64,000 nt of DNA from a virus: the IMG/VR virus record IMGVR_UViG_3300028394_000055, positions 1 through 64,000 of that record. One strand, 5' to 3'. Below are positions 1-8,632 of this stretch, piece by piece. How positions within the stretch are numbered: the first letter of the stretch is position 1; each line of letters begins with the position of its first letter. The notes beneath the pieces are model-generated. The model did no database searches and was not told where the DNA came from. It worked only from the letters and a program-made list of their open reading frames with translations. The translations under genes were made by a program, and so were the position numbers.

Positions 1-1713
1 CAATTACCTATACAATCAGGTGTCGGAAAAACTGCATTTATTTCTACAGGTAGTAATGGAAATCTTTTACAATATAATTTTAGTTCATCAACTAGTACTG
101 CAACCTGGGTATCTACTACTTCATTATATGTCGGATATTCTACTTCATTGGCAGGCGGCACTCTTCAATCAATACATTATCAATCTAGTACTGGTACTAC
201 ATCATTCTTAGCAGCGTCTACTAGTGGATGGATATTATCAACTAACGGAACAGGTGCTGCTCCTACCTGGATTAACCCTTCTACTCTTTCTCCAGGAGGT
301 CTTACAGTTCAGGCAAATGTTTCGGCATTTGAATATGTAGTAGGAGTAGGTGCGGCTGGATCAGCACAAACAGCTTACATTGCTACAACCAGTAGTGGTC
401 AATTTGGATTTAATGCTAGTACGGGATTTGTGGGGTTGGGAACAACTAGTCCTGTATCTAAACTAACCGTTGTCGAAACAGGTGGGTTAGCAAGTCAAAT
501 AAGAATTGAAGGTCATGAAAATTCAGGTATTGCAATAGTTACTCCCACATACGCCCAACCTGGTTTTGTAGGATATGACGGCAGCGGCAATATTGGTATA
601 AAACAAAATAATCAAACTAAAGGACTATACTTTAGCAATTATTTAGGTCCTAATCGTATATATATTACCGCCAATGGTGGTATAAGTTTTAATGGAACTT
701 CTAACTACGGATCACAATATCAAATATTACAAAGTAATGGTGATTTGCCACCAACCTGGATAAGTGTAGGTGCATTAACTGCTGTTAGTTCTGCAACACA
801 GGTTAATACTGTAGCAACTACAACTAATGCTGTATACTATCCAACATTTGTCAGTGCTAATAATAGTAGCCCTACTGCAATGGCGGAGTATACTACGAGT
901 AGTTTTACAATTAATCCAAATACTGGTTTCCTCGGTGTTAATCTAAGTTCAAATCCAAACACTGGGATGTCAAATATATTCGGTGTGGGCGGAAGTATAG
1001 TAGCAGGCATAGCAGTAAGTACAGCAGGTACCGTTTTATTACAAGGAAAGTATGGTGCAGGAGCTCTTACTACATTTGGAACTGAATATAGTAGTGGTGG
1101 TCCTGTATTGGGATGCTATGTATATCCGTCAAACGCTGCTGCCGGAGCATTCTTAAGTTCTTATGCATCATCGATAAGTAGAGGTGCATACACTATTGCA
1201 GGTGGAACGCATAACTGGTATGTTGGTGCAAGTCAAGCAATAGCCGTTGGTAGTGCGGTAACAATGACCAATCCTATGATATTAAATGCTAGTGGTTTGC
1301 AAGCAATTAGCTTAGGAGTAGGAACAGCACCAAGTGGTACAACAGGTGAAATACGTGCAACAAATGAAATTACAGCATATTATAGTTCTGATGCTAGATT
1401 AAAAGAAAATATTACACCTATTGAAGATCCTATCAAAATGTTGGAGCAAATACGTGGAGTATATTTTGATTGGACTGATGAACATATTGAACGCCGCGGC
1501 GGAGAAGATGGATATTTTGTACGCAAACACGATATTGGAGTCATAGCACAAGAAGTTGAAGCAATTTTACCAGAAATTGTAGCCACTAGAGAAGATGGCT
1601 TCAAAGCAGTTAAATACGAGAAGATGGTTCCTTTGTTAATTGAAACAATAAAGGCACAGCAAAGGCAAATTGACCAGATTCAGGCCAGCCTGGCAAAACT
1701 GGTCAATAAATAG
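1..1713 (+). CDS. Tail fibre/spike with C-terminal intramolecular chaperone (peptidase S74-like); 5'-truncated by window edge
   Basis: Frame is open from base 1; Gly/Ser/Thr-rich; C-terminal SDARLKENI...GVIAQEVEAILPEIV...LLIETIK followed by a coiled coil. Confidence 0.9.
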   Translation, partial: QLPIQSGVGKTAFISTGSNGNLLQYNFSSSTSTATWVSTTSLYVGYSTSLAGGTLQSIHYQSSTGTTSFLAASTSGWILSTNGTGAAPTWINPSTLSPGGLTVQANVSAFEYVVGVGAAGSAQTAYIATTSSGQFGFNASTGFVGLGTTSPVSKLTVVETGGLASQIRIEGHENSGIAIVTPTYAQPGFVGYDGSGNIGIKQNNQTKGLYFSNYLGPNRIYITANGGISFNGTSNYGSQYQILQSNGDLPPTWISVGALTAVSSATQVNTVATTTNAVYYPTFVSANNSSPTAMAEYTTSSFTINPNTGFLGVNLSSNPNTGMSNIFGVGGSIVAGIAVSTAGTVLLQGKYGAGALTTFGTEYSSGGPVLGCYVYPSNAAAGAFLSSYASSISRGAYTIAGGTHNWYVGASQAIAVGSAVTMTNPMILNASGLQAISLGVGTAPSGTTGEIRATNEITAYYSSDARLKENITPIEDPIKMLEQIRGVYFDWTDEHIERRGGEDGYFVRKHDIGVIAQEVEAILPEIVATREDGFKAVKYEKMVPLLIETIKAQQRQIDQIQASLAKLVNK

Positions 1714-1733
1714 GAGGCCGATAGAGGAAAATT

Positions 1734-1961
1734 ATGGCAACAGCGTTACCAGGTACAGGCAGTCCAATATCATTTGGACAAGTTAATAGGGTGTTTACAA
1801 ATAAAACCCCCGGTGTGGCTCCGGATGCACCCGGCGGCGGGCAAAATATCAAACTTAGTTCTGTATTAGGTAGTAATTCGACATATACTATTAATCAAAC
1901 TGCTGGCACACAAATTAAATTTGCAGCAACATTCGGCGGAAAAATAGGACCCTATGCATAA
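1734..1961 (+). CDS. Small tail-fibre-associated hypothetical protein
   Basis: 75-aa ORF with GAGG RBS directly after the fibre gene. Confidence 0.65.
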   Translation: MATALPGTGSPISFGQVNRVFTNKTPGVAPDAPGGGQNIKLSSVLGSNSTYTINQTAGTQIKFAATFGGKIGPYA

Positions 1962-1964
1962 ACT

Positions 1965-2435
1965 ATGAAACAAGAACAAATCAAAGATGTATTATCCAGC
2001 ATCAACTCAGGACCCAGTAAATGGGAATTGGATACCATTATATGGAATGATCGATTATCTAATCCAGAAATTCTAATAAATTTTTTATTAAGAATACAAG
2101 AATTACAAGCAATTAAAAAAAGATCTGCATCTCTTCAACAAGAATTAGATTTTTTATTAGATCTATTAGACGATATAGAAGACACCGATGTTGAAGTATT
2201 GATTAATAGAACTGATAACGATGCTCGAGATGCATTTATTGAAGAATTAGCAAAGGTTAGTGCAATTGAAGTATTAACTGGCGGAAAATTATCATTTGAA
2301 ACTATGAATACTGCTTGCAAACTCAGCCCTAATGACTTTATACTATGTGCTAAACGTACTCAAGATTTGATCAATGCTATTCAGGGATTGGCAATCAAAG
2401 GTGAAACACTTAGTAATGATGTTGCAGGCGCATGA
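1965..2435 (+). CDS. Hypothetical protein
   Basis: 156-aa ORF; ATGA overlap with next gene. Confidence 0.7.
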   Translation: MKQEQIKDVLSSINSGPSKWELDTIIWNDRLSNPEILINFLLRIQELQAIKKRSASLQQELDFLLDLLDDIEDTDVEVLINRTDNDARDAFIEELAKVSAIEVLTGGKLSFETMNTACKLSPNDFILCAKRTQDLINAIQGLAIKGETLSNDVAGA

Positions 2436-3085
2436 AAAAGAAATCAGTATTTTCAACAAGTAAATGGTCAAGTAAAAAAGGTAAATTAGCAGTCTGTATC
2501 CCATGTAGGGATACGTTGCATTCTGCCCATGCTATGGCGTTGGTTGAACTAGTTAAGTTTAACACTATGAATGATATAGACACTCATGTCTTTATGGATG
2601 CTAGTACTATATTGCTTACACAACGAGAACGGCTTGCTACTATGGCAGTTGATCTAGGAGCAGAATATACCTTATGGTTAGATAGTGATATGGTATTTCC
2701 TGCTACGACTGCTGTTCGATTACTAATGCATGAGGAAGATATTGTAGCAGCAAACTACATTCGCCGTCAATTACCGGCTAAAGGTGTAGCATACGAAACT
2801 ATTGGTGACTGGGAAAATCCTTTAGATTTTGATATATATGATGGATTAGTTCCTGTTGAGGGTGTGGGCATGGGCTGTATGTTAATGAAAACAGAAATAT
2901 TTACTGAATTACCCAAACCTTGGTTTGATTTTCAATGGAGTCCTCAATCAAATGATTTTTTAGGTGAAGATATGATATTATGCCAAAAAATTTCAAATAC
3001 AGGACGTACAATCAAAATTGATACTGTACTCAGTCAAGAAATGCGCCATTTAGGTACATGGGCATTTGGACCAGATTTAATATGA
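2432..3085 (+). CDS. GT-A fold (family 2-like) glycosyltransferase
   Basis: LAVCIP start, WLDSDMVF DxD motif, GMGCML, GEDM..C motif. Confidence 0.8.
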   Translation: MKKKSVFSTSKWSSKKGKLAVCIPCRDTLHSAHAMALVELVKFNTMNDIDTHVFMDASTILLTQRERLATMAVDLGAEYTLWLDSDMVFPATTAVRLLMHEEDIVAANYIRRQLPAKGVAYETIGDWENPLDFDIYDGLVPVEGVGMGCMLMKTEIFTELPKPWFDFQWSPQSNDFLGEDMILCQKISNTGRTIKIDTVLSQEMRHLGTWAFGPDLI

Positions 3086-3699
3086 CATTTTTAGTAAATT
3101 CAAATGTAATACATGCACCCGCGTATGTACATGACATTGAAGATACAGTTATTAATGATTTAATTTTTGGACCAAAGTTTCCGTGGTATTGGCAAGACTG
3201 TCAAATACCAAGAGATGATGAAACACTAAAGAATGAAGTTCCGATAGAAATACGTGATAATATAAAATTTTATAATGGTCCATATTTAAGTAATATATTA
3301 TTAAAACGTGCTGAATTAGAAACAGAAAAACATACTGAACGTCCGAATGATCACTATAGTATATATTGGAGAATGTTTTTAGAAATATTTCATAGATTTA
3401 CTATTGAAAATAATATAAAATATACAAATATATTTCGAGCAAACTTAAATCTAACTTGGCATAGCAGTAACCTACATACGGCTCCTCACTTAGATCACGA
3501 GTGGCCACATAATAATTTTATTATGTATTTGAATGATTGTGTAGATGGCGAAACTATAATATGGCCCGATAATTTTTTAACCAGTTATATTATTCCGTGT
3601 GTAAAACATACAGCAGTAACGTTTAAGCAGAATTGGCATGCACAAAGATATCCAGCGCCTGGAACAAAACGAATTTCGTTTGTTCTAACTTATATATAA
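3082..3699 (+). CDS. 2OG-Fe(II) oxygenase superfamily protein
   Basis: PHLDH (HxD), IMYLN..GET, distal WH and R-x-S; start placed at ATGA overlap 3082. Confidence 0.75.
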   Translation: MTFLVNSNVIHAPAYVHDIEDTVINDLIFGPKFPWYWQDCQIPRDDETLKNEVPIEIRDNIKFYNGPYLSNILLKRAELETEKHTERPNDHYSIYWRMFLEIFHRFTIENNIKYTNIFRANLNLTWHSSNLHTAPHLDHEWPHNNFIMYLNDCVDGETIIWPDNFLTSYIIPCVKHTAVTFKQNWHAQRYPAPGTKRISFVLTYI

Positions 3700-4140
3700 T
3701 TATAGTAGATCTAATAATAATTCAAGTTTAGCCTGAATAATTTTATTGCTAAAAGAATTCTTTACACCTCTATGTAAAGGTTTAGGCCATTGATCATAAC
3801 TTGACCAAGCATATCCTGCATGTTCGTCATTTAATGCAGGAATAAACTCTCGATCAACAAGTAATACATATGTGTTATATTGAAAATTTTGATCATTACT
3901 TACAAATAATTCTAACGGAATTACTTTTCTAATTGTGGGCGTTTTTCCTACCTCTTCTGCAATTTCTCGTTTTAGGGCATCAAATGGAGTAGTATCGTTG
4001 GGTTCTTTTTTGCCGCCAACAAATCCCCAAGTACCTGCTGTTTTAGCCTGTGTTCTTGATAGTAATAAAAAGCGTTTAGTATCTTTTGCTAGAAATAAAC
4101 CGCCACTGCAAATAATTTGATTTAAAGTATTAGACGCCAT
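3700..4140 (-). CDS. NUDIX hydrolase
   Basis: Nudix box GGKKEPNDTTPFDALKREIAEEVG. Confidence 0.9.
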   Translation of the reverse strand: MASNTLNQIICSGGLFLAKDTKRFLLLSRTQAKTAGTWGFVGGKKEPNDTTPFDALKREIAEEVGKTPTIRKVIPLELFVSNDQNFQYNTYVLLVDREFIPALNDEHAGYAWSSYDQWPKPLHRGVKNSFSNKIIQAKLELLLDLL

Positions 4141-5534
4141 AATTGAGGATCATATATACCTTCATAACTCTTACTCCATGCACTATTTTCCCATTTGTAT
4201 TGAGTATTAGTATATGAATTAGTTATGTAAATTACCCCAGAATGTGTTGCTGAACTGAAAATAATATTCCATGCGGTGCCATTCCATTCTATTATATCAT
4301 TAGCAAATGCTTGAAAGTCTGATTGATCAATATTTTTCCATACAATAGAACCAAAAAACCCTGGCTGACCAAATAGAGGATTAATATCTTCTAAAATTAA
4401 ATATCGTGTACCCGCAGCAACACTAGTAGGATTATATGTGTCTGGATTTATTACAGCATCTACACTACCTCTACCAACAGGATTGTATATACTAGTAATT
4501 GTAGTATTACTAGGTATAGTATCCGGATCTATGTTTAAACGCATGGCAAAGTCATCACTTGGATCAAGACTAATATGTGCTACGACTTCATTATTATCTG
4601 CTTGTGCAAATCTTAACTGACTTAGTCCTGCTCTAAATTTTCCAGGATATAAATCTAATATTTTTAACCAAGAAGCAATATTTTTAGGAGATGTTACATC
4701 TATATTATCACCTTGTCCGTTGGGATTTATTAATCTTGCAGTATTGTTTAATACTAATAAACTAAAATTACCCGGGGTAACAGTTATAGTAGTATCAGGA
4801 GATATATTTGCAAATACACTTGATGCTCCTTCAATATCATATTTGGCTGCAATCGCACCTTGTGCAGTTTCAGAAAATATATTAGATATAATTTTAGTAA
4901 TAACACCCAATTTCTTAACTTTAGCAGGAGGCGTGATCCATATAGGCGTATGAAAAGTTAAATTCATTATATCAATATCTTCAGTTGCTCCTTGGGGTAT
5001 TTGACGACTAGACCATGTAATATTATCTAATGTAACTACACTAAGACTAGTCCAGTCAACATAATTATCTGTTGTTTGTATTTCAAAACTAGGGTTGAAA
5101 AAGACAATCAATTGTTCCCATATTTGTAATTTTTGATCAGTATTTGATGACCAAATATCCGCTGATAATGTTAGTTTAAACGGACTTGGCATTATACGTT
5201 CAATGGTGTAGTTGCTGCCTTGGGTGTTTAAATATTGATTATTATTTTCGTCAAAAGCACGTTCTTTTATGTTAATTTTACTAATAAATGTTGGATCTTG
5301 AAGTCGATCTCGGTCAAAATTTAACTCTTTTACATAGCAGGCAATAAATGGCGCACTAGGGATAGTATTCTCACTATTCTTCTTAAGTATTTGACCAACT
5401 TGTCTGGTCATATCTCCATACCTAACAGGAACCTGCACAATATTACCTTTAGAATCTTTGTATCCAAAGTTGCTTAGTATCTGAATAAATTGTGCAAGGT
5501 ATCTACGTACCTGACCGTCATAAAAATAGTCCAT
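4122..5534 (-). CDS. Tail sheath stabiliser/terminator protein (T4 gp15-like)
   Basis: YFYDGQVRRY..F, VPVRYG, P.PF.L...IW...QI.EQ..FFNP motifs; adjacent to neck genes. Confidence 0.7.
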   Translation of the reverse strand: MDYFYDGQVRRYLAQFIQILSNFGYKDSKGNIVQVPVRYGDMTRQVGQILKKNSENTIPSAPFIACYVKELNFDRDRLQDPTFISKINIKERAFDENNNQYLNTQGSNYTIERIMPSPFKLTLSADIWSSNTDQKLQIWEQLIVFFNPSFEIQTTDNYVDWTSLSVVTLDNITWSSRQIPQGATEDIDIMNLTFHTPIWITPPAKVKKLGVITKIISNIFSETAQGAIAAKYDIEGASSVFANISPDTTITVTPGNFSLLVLNNTARLINPNGQGDNIDVTSPKNIASWLKILDLYPGKFRAGLSQLRFAQADNNEVVAHISLDPSDDFAMRLNIDPDTIPSNTTITSIYNPVGRGSVDAVINPDTYNPTSVAAGTRYLILEDINPLFGQPGFFGSIVWKNIDQSDFQAFANDIIEWNGTAWNIIFSSATHSGVIYITNSYTNTQYKWENSAWSKSYEGIYDPQLWRLIL

Positions 5535-5535
5535 A

Positions 5536-6729
5536 TTAATTGTCTGCTCTTGGTTTTAGTACTTTGCTTAATGCTTGTTTTTCTACAACAACTTCACCTG
5601 CAATGGTTGCTGTATTTGTATTATTAATAAAACTTGATTTAAGTTTTCTTCTTACTAGTAATGGGTTATCAGTTTGTGTTTCACCTAATGTGCTAGTGGT
5701 CATCCTTACATTGTCTTCATACTTAATCCAATGTAATCCATCGTATCTAAATAATCTATTAGGTAAGTAATCTGTTCTTAAAAAGAATTGGCCTTCAATT
5801 GCAGTACTAGGAAATGTAATACCAAAACCATATGGTATTCCATCTGGAGGTATACCGTCACCTGTTAAGTATCCTATATAATAATTTTTATTAGGTGTTG
5901 CTAACATTGCACTAGCATCAAGTAATTCAGAACTAGCATCTATGTTTTCTATAGATGTGTCTTCTGGTGTTGCAAGTCCGTTAGTAGCAGTGCTAACAGG
6001 GACTACATAAAATTGTTCAGTTTTATATCCACTTTTTTCAACATCTGCCTGGGCCTGCTGAATAATTTGATTATTAATTTCTAAATTTTTCTTATAAGTT
6101 GATAGCATGTCACGTAATGTACTACCGTCTTCTGCTCCGCTATCGGCATCAAGTATTTCTTTAAATTCCTGACTATCAACAAGTGGAGAACATTTTGCTC
6201 TAATTAAATGAGGATACCAAGTTTGACTGTAACCACTAGAAGGGCGTGTTACTTCTGATACCACATAAAATCTTCTTAATGCTACAAGACTATCATCAAG
6301 GGCATATTCATCTTTTAAGTGGGGTAATTCTATAACATCACCTGCCATTATCTTTCTCCCCAATGCATCAACATTACCTTTAAGATGAAAGTTAATCATG
6401 ATATTATCATTGTTTAAAAACAATCCAAACTGACTTAAATTGAAGTCAAGATCTTGCATAGTATAGATGCCACGAATAACATACACATCTGGAGAATAAT
6501 GACGATCTCTATTTTCCATAAACAATAAGTCCTGTATCCCTAGTTCAGGAATAGCATTGGAATTATTAGGAACAGTGGGTGTGCTGGCTCCTTCTTCGGG
6601 ATTCATTGGACCTAGATATTTGTGTATAAACACATCTGTCCCGCCCACTTGGAATTCTTCGTTAATTATACGATCTATAAATCTATAATCATTGCCCTTT
6701 TCCGGGCGGTACATTGAAAGTCTTGGCAT
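5536..6729 (-). CDS. Neck protein (T4 gp14-like)
   Basis: LSQFGLFL...GDVIELPH motif; context between gp15-like and gp13-like genes. Confidence 0.6.
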   Translation of the reverse strand: MPRLSMYRPEKGNDYRFIDRIINEEFQVGGTDVFIHKYLGPMNPEEGASTPTVPNNSNAIPELGIQDLLFMENRDRHYSPDVYVIRGIYTMQDLDFNLSQFGLFLNNDNIMINFHLKGNVDALGRKIMAGDVIELPHLKDEYALDDSLVALRRFYVVSEVTRPSSGYSQTWYPHLIRAKCSPLVDSQEFKEILDADSGAEDGSTLRDMLSTYKKNLEINNQIIQQAQADVEKSGYKTEQFYVVPVSTATNGLATPEDTSIENIDASSELLDASAMLATPNKNYYIGYLTGDGIPPDGIPYGFGITFPSTAIEGQFFLRTDYLPNRLFRYDGLHWIKYEDNVRMTTSTLGETQTDNPLLVRRKLKSSFINNTNTATIAGEVVVEKQALSKVLKPRADN

Positions 6730-6730
6730 A

Positions 6731-6757
6731 GTATTCTATTTATCGCTAAATATTAGT
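6731..6757. promoter_or_regulatory. Back-to-back late promoters (TAAATA on both strands)
   Basis: CAT-agtattc-TATTTA-tcgc-TAAATA-ttagt-ATG between the two divergent neck genes. Confidence 0.65.
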
Positions 6758-7516
6758 ATGACTGAGAACGAAAACGAACGCCAAAAAATAGTAGAATACG
6801 TCAAAACAATGTTAGGTTCGGGCATGGTTGATGTTGAACTTGATCCTGTACATTATAATACTGCTATTGATAGGGCATTGGCTAAATTCCGCCAACGCAG
6901 CAGCAATGCCGCCGAAGAAAGTTTTGGATTTTTAACATTGGAATTAGACCAAAATGAATATACACTTCCTCGAGAAGTAACTAATGTACGTCAGATTTTC
7001 CGTCGTAGCATTGGTAGTAGAAGTGGTGGCGGGCAGGGCGGCTCACTATACGAGCCATTTAATCTAGCATATTCTAATACATATTTACTAACTTCGAGTA
7101 ATATGGGAGGATTGGCAACATATTATGCTTTTGCTAGTTATCAAAAGTTAGTAGGTAAGATGTTTGGTAGCGAAATTAACTTTACATTTAATAAAACTAC
7201 TAAAAAACTTACTATAATGCAACGTCCAAGGGCGGAAGAAGAAGTCATGCTGTGGTTATATAACTATCGCCCAGATTTTAATTTAATGCAAGATCAGTTT
7301 GCGGGACAATGGCTTAAAGATTATTCATTAGCAACCGCTAAACTTATGTTAGGCGAGGCTCGTGAAAAGTTTGCCAGTATTGCTGCACCATCCGGGACCA
7401 CACAATTAAACGGTGCCTCCTTAAAAGGTGAAGGCAAGGCTGAAATTGAAAATCTTGAACTTGACCTAGTAAATTACAAAGACGGCGGCACTCCGTTGAC
7501 ATTTGTAATCGGCTAA
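6758..7516 (+). CDS. Neck protein (T4 gp13-like)
   Basis: LG..VDVELD...IDRAL; WLKDYSLA..K..LGEAR.KF..APSG...LNG; start moved to ATG 6758. Confidence 0.75.
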   Translation: MTENENERQKIVEYVKTMLGSGMVDVELDPVHYNTAIDRALAKFRQRSSNAAEESFGFLTLELDQNEYTLPREVTNVRQIFRRSIGSRSGGGQGGSLYEPFNLAYSNTYLLTSSNMGGLATYYAFASYQKLVGKMFGSEINFTFNKTTKKLTIMQRPRAEEEVMLWLYNYRPDFNLMQDQFAGQWLKDYSLATAKLMLGEAREKFASIAAPSGTTQLNGASLKGEGKAEIENLELDLVNYKDGGTPLTFVIG

Positions 7517-7574
7517 TAAAAATATTGACATTGTAGTCTAAATGTAATAAATTGTAGTATTACTTGGGGATGCT

Positions 7575-8201
7575 ATGATCATAGGTTTTGTAGGGTTAAT
7601 TGGCGCAGGCAAAGATACTGCCGCTGATTATTTGGTTAATACACACGGGTTTAGGCGAGATAGTTTTGCCAATACACTTAAAGATGCTGTTTCAGCCGTA
7701 TTTGGATGGGATCGAACTCTACTCGAAGGCCGCACAACAGAAGCCCGAGAATGGCGTGAACAACCCGATGAATGGTGGAGCAATCGACTAGGTAAACCTA
7801 TTACTCCACGCTGGGTTTTACAATATTGGGGCACAGAAGTTTGCCGCCATGGATTCCACGATGATATATGGATTGCCAGTTTAGAAAATAAGATGCGTAA
7901 AACTGGCGATAATATTGTTATTAGTGATGTTCGATTTCCCAATGAAATTAAAGCAATTCACAATGCTGGCGGAAAAGTTATCCGTATTAAACGAGGAGAC
8001 GATCCAAAATGGTTTGACGCCGCTATTGCTTTTAATCGAGGACCTGATGGAAATTCTAGATGGGCCCTTAGTAAACAAAAATTAGAAAAAATGAATATCC
8101 ATGCAAGTGAATATTCATGGGCAGGCAGCAACATTGATCACATGGTTTACAATGATACTACAATTGATTCACTGTTTTTACAAATAAAAAATCTATTATA
8201 G
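7575..8201 (+). CDS. Deoxynucleoside monophosphate kinase (T4 gp1-like)
   Basis: GLIGAGKDT P-loop, FA..LK, TPR..LQ..GTE, ISDVRFPNE, HASE. Confidence 0.9.
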   Translation: MIIGFVGLIGAGKDTAADYLVNTHGFRRDSFANTLKDAVSAVFGWDRTLLEGRTTEAREWREQPDEWWSNRLGKPITPRWVLQYWGTEVCRHGFHDDIWIASLENKMRKTGDNIVISDVRFPNEIKAIHNAGGKVIRIKRGDDPKWFDAAIAFNRGPDGNSRWALSKQKLEKMNIHASEYSWAGSNIDHMVYNDTTIDSLFLQIKNLL

Positions 8202-8534
8202 TCGATCAGGAATAAGATCCCCTTGCCGCCAAGTCAGTTTAAGTTTGTGTAGTATGCGTTGACAGTTGGCACATACTGTTTTAAGATTGGTATATCTACA
8301 ATTAGTTGGATTTCCATCAATGTAGAATACATTAAATTGTTCAATATATTTAGAAGTAAAACCACATTTATCGCATGCGGTTTTCTTTTTGTAGCCTGCT
8401 TTTTCCCATAGTGGAATTCCTTCCTTACGATGACTAGCACAATGGTCACATTTTGATCTATAAAATGTACGACCTTCTTTATAGTAGTTTATAGCAACAG
8501 GTCTTTGACCACATTCTTTACAAAGATTTCTCAT
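8196..8534 (-). CDS. Zn-binding HNH-like protein (degenerate active site)
   Basis: Four CxxC pairs; IDGNPTN...NLKTVCANC HNH-like tail. Confidence 0.65.
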   Translation of the reverse strand: MRNLCKECGQRPVAINYYKEGRTFYRSKCDHCASHRKEGIPLWEKAGYKKKTACDKCGFTSKYIEQFNVFYIDGNPTNCRYTNLKTVCANCQRILHKLKLTWRQGDLIPDRL

Positions 8535-8632
8535 TTACGCCCTTTTCACCGCCCTTTTCATTTGTATTTAACCCCGTATTTTTTCATATACCTGCTAAAT
8601 AAATGAAGCAATCCAATTAGGAGATAGTATAT

